Source: Candidatus Binatota bacterium
Lineage (GTDB): Bacteria > Desulfobacterota > Binatia > UBA1149 > CAITLU01
DNA: 64,000 nt
Assembly: GCA_024276575.1 (NCBI GenBank)
Contig: JAJRWY010000131.1
Coordinates: 1,268-65,267 of the forward strand
Direction: 5' to 3'
Under the pieces are notes generated by a model, which was not told the origin of the DNA, did no database searches, and worked only from the letters and a program-made list of their open reading frames with translations. The first letter of the stretch is position 1, and every line of letters begins with the position of its first letter. Shown piece after piece: positions 1 through 10,375 of the stretch. Both the position numbers and the translations under genes were made by a program.

Positions 1-157
1 AGCGCACGGTTGTTGCGCTGGGGTTCATCTCCCAGCCGTGATTACGGGCGATAGGGACCTTCGACGCTGCTGCAACTTGCTTCCCAGGGCGGTCCTGGGG
101 CTTTCGACGCTGCTGTAACCTGCCGGTGTGCCAGCGTTAGCAAAGCTAGCCATTGCC

Positions 158-1069
158 CTACTGGTGACGCAGCGAGTTAAGGTAGCCCGCGCCCAGGTGG
201 TTCATCTGCGAAAGAATCTTTCGCCGCCTTTCGAGCACATAGGCCGAGGGCTCGTCTACCCGGTAAAGATGTGGGTTGGGCAATACGGCTGCCAGTAGGG
301 CGGCGTTGCCCGGACCCACCTGCCGTGCGCTGCGAGCGAAAAAACGCCGGCTTGCGGCCTCGACTCCGAAGACCAAGTCGCCGAGTTCCACGGTGTTCAT
401 GTAGACCTCGAGGATGCGTTTCTTGGTCCACAAGCCCTCCATGATCATCGTGAAGTAGGCCTCGAGCACTTTGCGAAAATAGCTGCGCCCCGGCCACAGA
501 AACAGGTTTTTCGCAAGCTGTTGGCTTATCGTGCTGGCGCCGCGCAGCTTGCCGCCGGCCTCGTAAGCCTTCCTGGCTTCACGAATCGCATCGAAATCGA
601 AACCCTCGTGACGCATAAACTTTTGATCTTCGGCGGCAACGAAAGCGAGCGCGAGGTCGGGGGAAATCTCTTCATAGCGCTTCCATTGGTAGCGGGGGGA
701 TTCCCATCGGCCGCTTTGCAACCAAGCGGCGACACTGCGCTGCAGCATGAACGAGGTAAAAGGAGGTGCGACCCAACCAAACAGCGCTACTGTCAGGTAA
801 GTGCTGCCCAAAAACAATACCGCGAGGGTCAGCACCATACGTAGTATTATCCTTGACGGCGAGGTCTTTTTGTCTTTGGGTGCTGCCGATCTCCCGCTGC
901 GTTCCCAGGCTGAGAATCGCTTACGTACTTCCGAACGGCTGATGGGCCATGGGCTTTCGGATTGCTGTGCCGCTTCCTTCTTGGTGCGGCGCGGCGAAAC
1001 CTTGGATGGGGCAGTATGGCGGCGCGCCCTGTGGGCGCCGGCAGGACCGCTGGAACGCCTCCTGAGCAT
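158..1069 (-). CDS. mtgA: monofunctional peptidoglycan transglycosylase (GT51)
   Basis: Translated ORF carries the GT51 motifs (AAEDQKFMRHEGFD, RGASTISQQLAKNLFLW) and a single N-terminal TM segment. The true start may be the internal Met near 840, since the N-terminal extension is Arg-rich and low-complexity. Confidence 0.75.
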   Translation of the reverse strand: MLRRRSSGPAGAHRARRHTAPSKVSPRRTKKEAAQQSESPWPISRSEVRKRFSAWERSGRSAAPKDKKTSPSRIILRMVLTLAVLFLGSTYLTVALFGWVAPPFTSFMLQRSVAAWLQSGRWESPRYQWKRYEEISPDLALAFVAAEDQKFMRHEGFDFDAIREARKAYEAGGKLRGASTISQQLAKNLFLWPGRSYFRKVLEAYFTMIMEGLWTKKRILEVYMNTVELGDLVFGVEAASRRFFARSARQVGPGNAALLAAVLPNPHLYRVDEPSAYVLERRRKILSQMNHLGAGYLNSLRHQ

Positions 1070-1123
1070 GTCCGTATTGTACTCGCTTGGTGGTCTTGGG
1101 ACGAGACGTATGGCGTTGTAGAT

Positions 1124-3036
1124 TCAGCGAGGAGGCTTCATGCCCATGGTGAAGCTCATGCTCATGGTCCGTCCGTTGCGCAAGATGTCGAGAATCCGGC
1201 TTTGACCTACCAGGGACGTAGTTTCCCATTCACGCAACTGATTTCGTTCGTCGAAATGTTCGCCCGGAGGCCCCAGAATAATGTCGCCGGCCAGCAAGCC
1301 GGCTTCGAGCGCGGGTGAACCCGGGTAGACTCTGCTTACGGTTACCGCACCGTCGCGGAGCTGATGCTCCCGGCGGATGCGGGCATCCACGCCGCGATAC
1401 TCGACACCAAGCCACCCCGGTAGCAGGGAAGCGAGCAGTTGCAACTCGTCGACCAAGGGCGGAAAGGGCCTGCGTAGCGAGTCGCTGCCGGTGGCTCTAC
1501 GCCGCTGGCGCCTTCGGGTCGTTGCGCTCGCTAGTTCCAGGTTCTCGCAGGCTTCCAGAGCTTCCCAAGCTGCTCTTTCTTGATCGCTTCCGAAGCGGTC
1601 AAGATATACCTGGCCGGCTATTCGGGTGAGCAGGGTGCGCATTCTCAGTACCGCGGCCAGCCGGACTTCCATCCGGTAAGCTGCGGCTTCAGCTTCCTTC
1701 TCGAACTTGGCCAGGGCTTCCAGCCGCTCGAGTGTGGCGGTGTCGGCCGAGCTGAACTCCCATAAATCTGCCAGTAACCAGGCTCCGAGTTCGCGCTTGT
1801 CCTCGTCGTCCAGGCTGTCTATGAAGCCGGTCTCCACGTACTCCGCCCAGAAGGGATAGGCTTCTAGGAAGCGTGAGAAGTTCTCACGCTTTAGCGTGTT
1901 GTGAGCTGTTCGCCAGCTTCCCGCGTAAGACTTGAGGTCTTTGCTCAGGTTGGGAAGTATCTTGGCACGCTCCGAGAGTTCAGCCAGCGAGCGAGGGCCG
2001 AAAGCGCCGAACGCCTCTCCTATGCGATCAATCAAATCGAACTCACCGATATAGTGAAACTCGTCGGCCCAGGCCTGGCGAAGATATGTGTCAATGAGTT
2101 CATCGGGGTCAGTGTGCTCACTGCGCGCCTGTCGTAGCAGCAGGCGTTCGATGTAGAAGTCTGAACTGCGCAATGGGACATCCGGGGTCTGGTCTTCAAG
2201 CAGGGTGCGTTGGTGGGCCTCGGCAAGGCTCGAGCCGTCGCGCAACGCATTCAGGAAATGAAAAGAGTGCCCGACTCCGTCTTTGTCTCGATTTTCAGGG
2301 TAGCATCCGTAGGCGGGGCGGGAGGGAGTGGATGAGAAGTATCCGCAGACTCTGCCGTCGGGAATATTGCCATGCCGGTAGGCCAGATTTGCGAAGGAAC
2401 CCGAGTAACACTGGGACATCAGTGCGACTGTACGCACGCCCTTCGGCAGCTTGGCGAGCATCGCTGCGACTTCGTTTACGTAAAGGTCTTCACCCCATAG
2501 CGAAATGGTGTTGTTGTCGATGTCGGCTACGTTCTTGCTCCCGTGGTCGGTGACATAGAGCAACAGAGTGTCGCCTGCCCGCATGAAATCCTCAGTGGAT
2601 TCGAACCACCGCCGCAAGCCCTGCTTGGTCGCCGCCTCGGTTCGCCATCCGTCAATACGCGAGTCGGTGTAGTAGAGTTTGGTTCTCAAGGTGGCACCCA
2701 CCGGTAGCGAGTCGATCAGTTCGAAGTGCTTTTCCGGCTGCCGGTCTCTTACCGCGAGATCCGGGGAGGGGTCGTCTCCATCGCTCGCAAAAACAGTTAT
2801 ATTCTCCTTGGGCAGGCCCGCGGCGGTCAGTATCTCGATTGCGTTTCGTATGTGGACGAGGTGCGAGTGGTAGTTTTTTTCGGGGCGCGATCCACCGTTG
2901 ATCAAAAGTGCATAGATTCGTCCCGGCACGGCCTTGGGGGAGGCAACGTTCGGCATTTCAGTGCGGCTTGCTGCCTGGCGGCCATCGTCGCAACCGCCGG
3001 CCGTGAGCAGCGATGCAGTTACAATCAACGGCATGA
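1124..3036 (-). CDS. legumain-like (peptidase C13) lipoprotein with C-terminal PDZ domain
   Basis: Lipobox LLTAGGC follows an internal Met. His/Cys dyad contexts (LLLYVTDHGS and MSQCYSGSF) resemble C13/caspase-fold peptidases. A PDZ-like segment (GAVTVSRVYPGSPALEAGLLAGDIILG) lies at the C-terminus. The track ORF extends to 3289, but that extension overlaps the cupin gene at 3112-3453, so the start was trimmed. Confidence 0.5.
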
Positions 3037-3111
3037 GTATCCTCGAGCTTCGCCCGCTGCGGCAGTTGAAGATACGGTGGAGCGATCGGAAGCTCTTTAA
3101 TACGGCGTTTA

Positions 3112-3453
3112 TCAAGCGCCGGGATCGAAATGCAGAGCCAGCCATACACTGGGTTGTCCGGCGTCGCTCGCTTCTACTCGGTGGCGCCGGTGGGCGGGAA
3201 TAAGCAGGTAGTCGCCGGGACGGAGCATCCTTGGCTGCGGTTCTTCTTCGAAGAGTATGGCCGCGCTTCCGCTCAACAGTACTACCCACTCGTCGGTGTC
3301 TTGATCGTACCAGTAGCCGGGTGGGCTACAATGGTTGAACGAGACGATACGGTGAAGACTCAAGGCTCCTGTGTCGAGCAGCGTGTCGGTCAACTCGCCG
3401 CCGGCTGGGTTATCGGCATGAATGAACAAATTGCCCTGCGTAATTTCCTTCAT
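3112..3453 (-). CDS. cupin-domain protein
   Basis: 113-aa ORF with cupin-like conserved-barrel motifs (GDYLLIPAHRRHRVEA). Confidence 0.5.
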   Translation of the reverse strand: MKEITQGNLFIHADNPAGGELTDTLLDTGALSLHRIVSFNHCSPPGYWYDQDTDEWVVLLSGSAAILFEEEPQPRMLRPGDYLLIPAHRRHRVEASDAGQPSVWLALHFDPGA

Positions 3454-3457
3454 TGAG

Positions 3458-3558
3458 CCTGCATTATTGATGAAAGTTGGTCACGAGAGTAGCGGGCGGC
3501 GAACGGCCCGAGATGGCGGGCGGTTGCGGCTCGTAGCAGAGCTTTCATGAACTTTGCA
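3458..3558. repeat. truncated copy (C) of the MITE/REP-like intergenic repeat
   Basis: Shares both ends (GCATTATTGATGAAAG ... GGCGAACGGCCCGAGATGGCGGGCGGTTGCGGCTCGTAGCAGAGCTTTCATGAACTTTGCA) with the full-length copies at 5723-5911 and 11298-11489. The internal segment is deleted. Confidence 0.6.
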
Positions 3559-3573
3559 AGTCAAGAGCGCAGG

Positions 3574-4605
3574 TCAGGAAATCATGCGCATAACTCTCTC
3601 CAGGGTCCAGAAGGCCGCGATCGACCCAATGGCGTGAGACGGCAGTGTCGCCGGGAAGGTGCGTTGCACCGCCTGGAAATAGTGAAGGGGTAGGGACCCG
3701 GCGTCCCAGGGCAGTGAGTTCCAAGCCCTGCGCAGGGACAACACGCATGCAATGAACGCGATCTGTCCGAGTTCGATTCCGACATTGAAACTCAGCAAGG
3801 CCGACGGTATGTCGGAAGCCGGCAATCCAGCTTGCCGCAGTGCTCCGGCGAAACCGAAACCGTGCAATAGCCCGAATAGTAATGCCATTGTCCAGGGCCG
3901 TCGTGACAGCAGTCCTGGGCTCTTGCCTTGACGCTCCAACTCGGCCGCTAGCGCGACGATGCTCAGTGCGATACCGATTTCTATGAGATCCACCGGAGCC
4001 GCGACCCAGCCCAGCGCTGCGGCCGATAGGGTGACGCTGTGGCCGGCGGTGAAAGCGCTGACAGTGGTGCACAGTCGTCTGAAGTCGCCGATGAGCAGGA
4101 CCAACGCGAACACGAAAAGTAGGTGGTCGAAGCCGCCGCTTATATGGTGCAATCCGAGCATCAGATAAGCCAAGAATACTTCGGTGGAGTTTTGCTCCAT
4201 AGGGACGACGGCTGAGGATTTCGAGCCGTTGAGGATGGTCCTGAACGATAGGCCTTGCGCGGTGCGCACCTGGAGCAGGACGTTCGCGTTGCTGCCTTCC
4301 AGGCCCGTAACGTTGATGCGTTTCCCGTTGAGCTTGCCGTCGCATACCAGCGTACTGCGGTAGGTGATACTGGATGCGCCGTGTTCTTGCCCGGTGGGTC
4401 CCAGCGTCTTGCATCCTTCGGGCAGTCGTGGCCGGATCGCCGGGCCGCCGGGCCGGAACGTCGAGATCTTCCACTTCATCGCGATGGTTCCGGTGTCGCT
4501 CGCTATGAACTCGAGCAGCGATGGGGCGAGACGATGGGCGTGAGCGGGTGCTGCGGGACACAGCGCAAACACGGCTGCCAAGATGAAGGCTGTAGTGGTC
4601 TTCAT
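3574..4605 (-). CDS. HupE/UreJ family Ni/Co transporter
   Basis: Signal peptide MKTTTAFILAAVFAL and a His-rich periplasmic start (AHAHRLAPS), followed by a HupE/UreJ-like 6-TM core. The start codon overlaps the upstream gene's stop as ATGA. The track ORF extends to 4899, and that extension is rejected. Confidence 0.65.
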   Translation of the reverse strand: MKTTTAFILAAVFALCPAAPAHAHRLAPSLLEFIASDTGTIAMKWKISTFRPGGPAIRPRLPEGCKTLGPTGQEHGASSITYRSTLVCDGKLNGKRINVTGLEGSNANVLLQVRTAQGLSFRTILNGSKSSAVVPMEQNSTEVFLAYLMLGLHHISGGFDHLLFVFALVLLIGDFRRLCTTVSAFTAGHSVTLSAAALGWVAAPVDLIEIGIALSIVALAAELERQGKSPGLLSRRPWTMALLFGLLHGFGFAGALRQAGLPASDIPSALLSFNVGIELGQIAFIACVLSLRRAWNSLPWDAGSLPLHYFQAVQRTFPATLPSHAIGSIAAFWTLERVMRMIS

Positions 4606-5675
4606 CCCGCTGCCCCGATCCAGGGGTAGAATCGCTCGAGTTGCCCGATCGCCCCCGCCCGGTCGGCTGCGGTCAAAGACCCGGGCCACTCGATCTCGAT
4701 TCGGTAGTTTTCGCGAAAGCGTCGCAAGCGCTTTTCCAATTCGGCTTGGCGTTGGCGGCGCGACCAAGCGTAAGTGACTTCGGATCGGACTTGTTCCAGA
4801 GACGGCGCTTGCGGCAGAGTCTTTTCGTATATCCACAGCAGGTGAAAGCCGTAGGCAGATTCCACAGGGTCGCTCCACTGACGGGTTTCCAGAGACCACA
4901 GGCGGCGGGTGAATCCCGGCCCGAAATACTTGGCGATTTCGGCTCGAGATCCTGTCATCCGTGCTGGGCCGAAGCGCCAGGGATCACCGGGTCCGGCCGT
5001 CCACGGCACGTATTTGCCCTCGAGTTTGCTTGCGAGTTGCTCCGCGTCCGTTCGTGCGGCGCTACCTCGCTGGTCCTTGCTGAAGAAAATCTGGGTGAAG
5101 TCAATGGTTGCCGGCAACGCGAAACGGGAAGCGGATTCGCCGAGAAAACTCAGCAGCTCGTCTCGAGACGGAGAGCGGCGGTCGGCCGCTTGGTAGGCGA
5201 GCCTTTTCATAGTTTCGATCATGCGACGGCGTACCACGGGGTCGCTGGACGGCATGTCCAGGTCCAGAGCGCTTGCTAGCAAGCTTTGGACTTCCACTGA
5301 GCTGTCCGAACCCTCGTGGTCGGAGACGAAGCGCATGTTATTGATCAGCCGCCGCTCGCTTACCGCATCGTCGAGATAGAGCCGTCTTTTCAAGGCTTCC
5401 CTGAGCAGAATTTCATCGTCGAGTTCACGAGCGAGAATACGGCCGAACTCGGCGCCGCCGGGCAAGTGGCCCGCGGCGCGCAGATTATCGCGCAGGATCG
5501 ACGCCGCCCGGGCAGCGTCGATCTTGATGACGGGCGAGGGGCCTCCCCCGAAAATCGGACCGTCGAGCGTAGCGAGCCCGTTGCGAATGAGTAGCGCGAT
5601 CGCGCCGAGTGCGAAGAAGCGCAGTACGGGCGAGTGGCGCAAGAACAGCCATTTCTTTCGATCGATAGTTTCCAT
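4602..5675 (-). CDS. parvulin-type peptidyl-prolyl isomerase (PpiC/SurA-like)
   Basis: The C-terminal segment (AYGFHLLWIYEKTLPQAPSLEQVRSEV) resembles a PpiC-type PPIase domain. There is an N-terminal TM/signal segment after METIDRKKW. The track's N-terminal extension (to 5789) translates repeat copy A, so the start was trimmed. Confidence 0.5.
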   Translation of the reverse strand: METIDRKKWLFLRHSPVLRFFALGAIALLIRNGLATLDGPIFGGGPSPVIKIDAARAASILRDNLRAAGHLPGGAEFGRILARELDDEILLREALKRRLYLDDAVSERRLINNMRFVSDHEGSDSSVEVQSLLASALDLDMPSSDPVVRRRMIETMKRLAYQAADRRSPSRDELLSFLGESASRFALPATIDFTQIFFSKDQRGSAARTDAEQLASKLEGKYVPWTAGPGDPWRFGPARMTGSRAEIAKYFGPGFTRRLWSLETRQWSDPVESAYGFHLLWIYEKTLPQAPSLEQVRSEVTYAWSRRQRQAELEKRLRRFRENYRIEIEWPGSLTAADRAGAIGQLERFYPWIGAAG

Positions 5676-5722
5676 CGGGCGTCGCTCTCGATCCTCGCAA
5701 CAGTGTAGCTTAGCCGGCGTTA

Positions 5723-5911
5723 GCCCGCATAATTCAGGAAACCTCGTCGCGAGAGTCGCAAGCGCCCGTGAGATCGGCCAGATAGGCATACGCGCAGCGA
5801 TGGGGCCAACAGTACGTCGAGTGCCGAAAAGTGGTGAGCCGGCGAGCGGCGAACGGGCCGAGATCGCGGGCGATTGAGGCTTGTAGCAGAGCTTTCATGA
5901 ATTATGCGCTC
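5723..5911. repeat. MITE/REP-like intergenic repeat, full-length copy A with ~20-bp terminal inverted repeats
   Basis: Left end GCCCGCATAATTCAGGAAACCTC; reverse complement of right end GAGCGCATAATTCATGAAAGCTC. About 85% identical over ~190 bp to copy B at 11298-11489. Confidence 0.65.
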
Positions 5912-7937
5912 TAGGGGGCCGGTACCAGAGCGGGGAACTCCAGGCTCGCTCTTGGATGACCTTACGGTGTTCTTCGCTACAGCAAGCTTGCAGGCCCTCC
6001 GGCACCTCGCCCAATTTGTCGCAGTCCACATGGTTGGCTACGCATATGTGCTGGCTCCATCTGCAGACCGGGTTCTCCAGCACGCGTACATAGTAGAAAG
6101 CACGCTCTTGCCGGTCGAAGTCGGGGTCCGTCCACACCGTGCACAACTCGTTGAATCCGGGGCCTCCGCTTTGGCAGCTTCGCGGGTTTACCCATGCCCC
6201 GTTGCCGGGATCCCCCGCTATCTCGTAGACCTTTTCGTGGGTCTTTCCGTCCGCAAGCCAGCCTTTGACGATCTGTAGATGCTGCAGAGGGGTTCCTTGC
6301 GCATGCTCGCTCCCGGGGTCTTTCAAGGCCAGAACCGCGAAACTTGGGGCCTGCGGCTGATCACCTTCCCTGCTGTCTTCGTGGCTGTGGGGACCCAGGG
6401 AAGCGGCGGGCTGGGCGGGGAGGTCGGCCCCCATGGGAACGCCGAGACGATAGCCTAGTTCCACGAAATCGGGCCGCTTGCACATGTCGTCAGGAAAACG
6501 CCAGCCACCGAAAACGCGTAGTAGAGGGCGGGTGCCACTGGTTGCATAGGCTTCGCGGCGCTTCATGGCCGCGAACAGGGAGTCGCGGGTGTTCTCCTCT
6601 GCCCACAGTACGGCCAATCCTCCGGGATTGAGTTCCAGTTCATCCGGTAGGGACGGCGCTTGGTTGGCATCAGCTGGTGCCCCCGCGCCGCCGTGCCCCT
6701 TGTAATTATCTTCCTCGACCGCACCGGGGGTGCCCAGGTGAGTGTCGGTGCTACCCACGAAGCCGAACTTGAAGGGGTTGACGCCGAGTTTCTGCTCTTG
6801 TGCCAATCCTTGCTTGAGGGCCTCGCGCAGGAAAGAGGAAGGCTTGGGATCTTCGGCGAGCCAACTCACGTAGTTCCCCGCAAAATTCGAGTAGGGCAGC
6901 TTTTCGAAGCCGCACAACTCGTCTTCGGCGCTACCGGTGATGATGCATTCCGAGTCGCCTTTGTGCTGCGTGATCTCGACCAGGGGCTCGTTGGCAGCGC
7001 GCTCGGCCGCGTCGCCGGCATCGATCTCGGACCCGTCGGGGTTGACGGTCTGGAACATCAGCCCGTTGCTGAGGTTCGAGTTGTGGGGGATGGTGAGCGC
7101 TTCGCAGGCGCCTTTGCACTGCGTGGCCAGCTGGCGCCATAGGCTCTGCGGCGTGACCGCTTCGTAGTAGCTTATCGGAAGCCGCAGAGTGTGCTTGTTA
7201 CGGAAAATGACGTTTCTATGGAGGTTGTTCGAAGCCGGAGACCCGGTCCATTCATAAGCGACGAAACTGCTGAAACTACAGGCGGCGCTGCGATCGTATG
7301 CGCCTTCGGCTGCTTTCTGTATCTCTTCCCACATGCTGCCGGCCGCACGAAGGCAGTTGGCTCCGTCTTCCCCACAGAAATCATAGCGAGTCGGAGATCG
7401 AGAGTTGGAACTGCGGTTGTTCATCAAGAAAAAGGCGGCGCGCGGCCAGTAGCGAAATATCTTGCAGATGAGAGAATCGTGGCCGGGAAGGCCGGGGGTC
7501 AAACAGATGTGGGTTTCTCCAAGCATCTCGGCATGATCGGTAACCGCCGCGAAATCCAGCGGACGCGAAAGCTTGAGCGAACGCAAGGGGCGGCCGGAGT
7601 CGTCGTAGGGCTGCAAGCCGAGCGTCTCGCCTCGTGCGAAGCGGTAGGCGTCGTAAGGGGTGTTGCGCGTTCCTTGAGAACTGGCGTCTTGGGAAAACGC
7701 GGTGTGAACATGCAGGTCGCCGAAGAACGGGCGGCGCCAAGGATCGTAAGAGTTGCAGGGTTCGCGCTGTTCGCTTATCGAGTAAGGGCGGCGCGGATCC
7801 TTTGCCACATCAGCGGCTGCGTTACTTGCCAGCGGCAGCAGCAGCGGGATCAGCAGTGTCGGCAGCGCTGCCGACAGCAGCAACCTCGGTATTCGGAGCA
7901 GCCCCGGTCTTGCTGAGCACCGTTCGAAGATTCCCAT
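5895..7937 (-). CDS. secreted DUF3604-family protein (PHP-like metallo-phosphoesterase fold)
   Basis: Signal peptide, then the FFGDLHVHTAFSQDA motif typical of DUF3604. The stop codon lies inside the right terminal inverted repeat of repeat copy A. Confidence 0.55.
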   Translation of the reverse strand: MGIFERCSARPGLLRIPRLLLSAALPTLLIPLLLPLASNAAADVAKDPRRPYSISEQREPCNSYDPWRRPFFGDLHVHTAFSQDASSQGTRNTPYDAYRFARGETLGLQPYDDSGRPLRSLKLSRPLDFAAVTDHAEMLGETHICLTPGLPGHDSLICKIFRYWPRAAFFLMNNRSSNSRSPTRYDFCGEDGANCLRAAGSMWEEIQKAAEGAYDRSAACSFSSFVAYEWTGSPASNNLHRNVIFRNKHTLRLPISYYEAVTPQSLWRQLATQCKGACEALTIPHNSNLSNGLMFQTVNPDGSEIDAGDAAERAANEPLVEITQHKGDSECIITGSAEDELCGFEKLPYSNFAGNYVSWLAEDPKPSSFLREALKQGLAQEQKLGVNPFKFGFVGSTDTHLGTPGAVEEDNYKGHGGAGAPADANQAPSLPDELELNPGGLAVLWAEENTRDSLFAAMKRREAYATSGTRPLLRVFGGWRFPDDMCKRPDFVELGYRLGVPMGADLPAQPAASLGPHSHEDSREGDQPQAPSFAVLALKDPGSEHAQGTPLQHLQIVKGWLADGKTHEKVYEIAGDPGNGAWVNPRSCQSGGPGFNELCTVWTDPDFDRQERAFYYVRVLENPVCRWSQHICVANHVDCDKLGEVPEGLQACCSEEHRKVIQERAWSSPLWYRPPRAHNS

Positions 7938-7969
7938 CTTCAACTCCCCGTCTCGTTTCGTTCGCCGCC

Positions 7970-8740
7970 TCAAAGGCAGCCGGACATACCCCCGTCCACC
8001 GGGATGACAGTGCCGGTTAGGTACGAACCGGCGCGTGAAGCCAAGTAGATGGCGATGCCGGCCATGTCCTCGGGCTCGCCGATACGAGACAAGGGGACCT
8101 GCGCTACTATCATGTCTCCGAAGTTGTCGAGAGTTTCCGCCATCATCTTGCTGCGGAATGGCCCCGGCGCGATCGCGTTTACGGTTACCTTGGAGGCCGC
8201 CAAGCGTTTGGCAAGAACGCGGGTGAGGTGATGCACGGCCGCTTTGCTCGAAGAGTAAGAATAGGTGTCGAGAGCGGGAACGTGAAGGCCGTCGATGGAC
8301 CCGATGTTGATCACTCGCGACGGGTCGTCGGGCGACGCGTTTTTCTCCAACTCCGGGGCCAGTTCACGGGTGAGGAATAAGATTGCTTTCAGGTTGAGCG
8401 CCAGCACTTTGTCCCAGGCCGAGTCCGGAAAATCTTCGAATGAAGCACCCCAGTTGGCTCCGGCGTTGTTGACCAGTACATCGAGCCCGTCTTCATGCGC
8501 CCTGTACGCAGCGGCGAGTTGCTTGCATCCCGCTTCGCTGCCCAAGTCGGCTGGCAAGGATACGCATTTCCCCGCTTGCGACAGGCGTCCGGCGACTTCG
8601 TCGCAAACTTTCTGCTTGCGAGAGGATATATAAACCCGTGCGCCGGCCTCCACGAAACCGGTGGCTATCATTTCGCCGATGCCGCGCGACCCTCCGGTGA
8701 CCAGCACTGTTTTTCCTTCGACTGAGAACAGATCTTTCAT
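7970..8740 (-). CDS. SDR-family oxidoreductase (3-oxoacyl-ACP reductase/RhlG-like)
   Basis: TGGSRGIG Rossmann motif, NNAG, and a catalytic S...YxxxK (YSSSK). Start trimmed to MKDLFS. Confidence 0.75.
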   Translation of the reverse strand: MKDLFSVEGKTVLVTGGSRGIGEMIATGFVEAGARVYISSRKQKVCDEVAGRLSQAGKCVSLPADLGSEAGCKQLAAAYRAHEDGLDVLVNNAGANWGASFEDFPDSAWDKVLALNLKAILFLTRELAPELEKNASPDDPSRVINIGSIDGLHVPALDTYSYSSSKAAVHHLTRVLAKRLAASKVTVNAIAPGPFRSKMMAETLDNFGDMIVAQVPLSRIGEPEDMAGIAIYLASRAGSYLTGTVIPVDGGMSGCL

Positions 8741-8790
8741 AGATCCAAAGCTTAGCCGAGGCTGCTCATCGAGCGAAACGCCCGGAATTC

Positions 8791-9393
8791 TCAACAGCGC
8801 TTGAGTGCTTCGCCGACGAGGCTCAGGCGGTCGTTGCCGAAGTACATGTCGTCGCGATTTACGAAAATGGTCGGAGACCCGAATCCGCCGCGCTCGATCA
8901 ATTCGTCGGTGTTGGCCCGGAGCTTTTCCTTGTAGGGTGGGGAAGAGATCTTCTCAAAGAACTCCCGGCTGTCGAGTTCGGCCTGCTCGGCCACGATCAG
9001 CAGCACGTCATCGTCGGAAATATCTTGCCCGGCGCTCCAGTAGATTTCGAAAACGCGGCGCACATAGGTGGACATCTTCCCATGTTCCTCCGCGACCAGG
9101 GATCCGCGCATGGCTTTAGCGCTGTTTACCGGGAAGACCTCAGGCTGCCCGATCTCGAGCCCGTAAACGCGGGCCCAGTCCTGCATGTCCTTGAGTGCGT
9201 AGCGCAACTTGGGCATTACCGGATTGCTGCGTTGTTCGTAGACCGATGGATTTACGGAGTTGAACACCCCGCCCACCAGGATCGGTTTCCACATCAATTC
9301 CGCGCTGTGATCGAGAGCCAACTCTTCAATCTTGTGGAAGGCCAAGTAGGTCCAGGGACTCGAACAATCGAAAAAGAACTCCAACGTAGGCAT
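8791..9393 (-). CDS. 2-hydroxychromene-2-carboxylate isomerase/DsbA-like thioredoxin-fold protein
   Basis: FFFDCSSPWTYLAF N-terminal motif typical of the HCCA isomerase family; 200 aa. Confidence 0.65.
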   Translation of the reverse strand: MPTLEFFFDCSSPWTYLAFHKIEELALDHSAELMWKPILVGGVFNSVNPSVYEQRSNPVMPKLRYALKDMQDWARVYGLEIGQPEVFPVNSAKAMRGSLVAEEHGKMSTYVRRVFEIYWSAGQDISDDDVLLIVAEQAELDSREFFEKISSPPYKEKLRANTDELIERGGFGSPTIFVNRDDMYFGNDRLSLVGEALKRC

Positions 9394-9607
9394 CTATAGT
9401 CTCTCCGGGTGAGGCGCTTGGCCGGGCTTTGTCGGGTTGGTGCCGACGAGAAAGCTGAGCCGCCATGCTGCCACAGCTTCAGCTACTGAGAAAGGAACGC
9501 TGGTGCAAGGGGTCTCCTGGGCGCAAGCTTGGGTGCCGCTGATGCCGGTGCAAGGGAGCCTCCCGGCGGGATTGTCCAAAGATGGGCGCAAAAGATATGG
9601 TGCCGTT

Positions 9608-10375
9608 ATGGCGGCTCGTAATATCGCGTTCTTGGCCGGAGACAGCCCCCAGGCGCTCCGCGCTCTGGAGCGGCTCAGCGAGCGCTACGGCCAGACCGAT
9701 CCCGACAGTGCGGAAGTGGTCGTTGCCTTGGGTGGGGACGGTTTCATGCTGCAGATTCTTCATCGATTCGCCAACCGCAAAGTGCCGGTTTATGGGATGA
9801 ACCGTGGCAGTGTTGGCTTTCTGATGAACGACTACGATGAGGAGGGGTTGCCGCAGCGTCTCGATGCGGCGGAGTTGACCTCGCTTCACCCACTGCGCAT
9901 GCACGCGGTGTCGGTCTCTGGAGCGGAGGCCGAGGCCTTGGCGATCAACGAAGTGTCGTTGCTTAGGCAGACTCATCAAGCCGCCAAGATCAAGGTGTCG
10001 GTTGACGGTCAAGTGCGCTTGGAACAGTTGATATGCGACGGCGTACTGATCGCTACGCCTGCGGGAAGCACTGCCTACAACCTGTCTGCCCACGGCCCTA
10101 TTCTGCCGATCGATTCGGGGATTCTCGCACTTACGCCGATAAGCGCTTTTCGCCCGCGGCGTTGGCGCGGTGCGCTGCTACCCTCGCGGGCGGAGGTTTC
10201 TTTCGAGGTTCTGGATGCCGCCCGCCGGCCGGTCAGTGCCGTTGCCGATACCACCGAGGTTCGCGACATTTCGCGCGTGCAGGTGAGTAAGGATCAGAGT
10301 ATCGATCTCGACATACTCTTCGATCCCGGCCACGGCCTCGAAGAGCGGATTTTGAAAGAGCAGTTCTTCCCCTGA
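9608..10375 (+). CDS. nadK: NAD+ kinase
   Basis: GGDGF(M) motif, NRGSVGFL, and a [17 protein letters not shown]-terminal motif. Start taken at MAARNIAFL rather than the track's 9437. Confidence 0.8.
   Translation: MAARNIAFLAGDSPQALRALERLSERYGQTDPDSAEVVVALGGDGFMLQILHRFANRKVPVYGMNRGSVGFLMNDYDEEGLPQRLDAAELTSLHPLRMHAVSVSGAEAEALAINEVSLLRQTHQAAKIKVSVDGQVRLEQLICDGVLIATPAGSTAYNLSAHGPILPIDSGILALTPISAFRPRRWRGALLPSRAEVSFEVLDAARRPVSAVADTTEVRDISRVQVSKDQSIDLDILFDPGHGLEERILKEQFFP

Noticed and set aside
3545-4561. 338-aa minus-strand ORF overlapping the HupE/UreJ gene in another frame
   Set aside because: It is an Arg-rich alternative frame of a well-supported transporter gene; a typical high-GC shadow ORF.
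5720-6031. ORFs 5720-6031 and 11307-11591/11339-11671 and the N-terminal extension of 4602-5789
   Set aside because: They translate the MITE/REP-like repeat copies. The same peptide (PIWPISxxLATLATRF) therefore appears in unrelated ORFs.
158-10375. Long N-terminal extensions on several track ORFs (158-1069, 1124-3289, 3574-4899, 4602-5789, 7970-8794, 9437-10375, 19190-19849, 29220-29879)
   Set aside because: Extensions overlap neighbouring genes or repeats and are low-complexity Arg/Pro-rich. Starts were moved to internal Met codons with signal peptides, RBSs or ATGA coupling.
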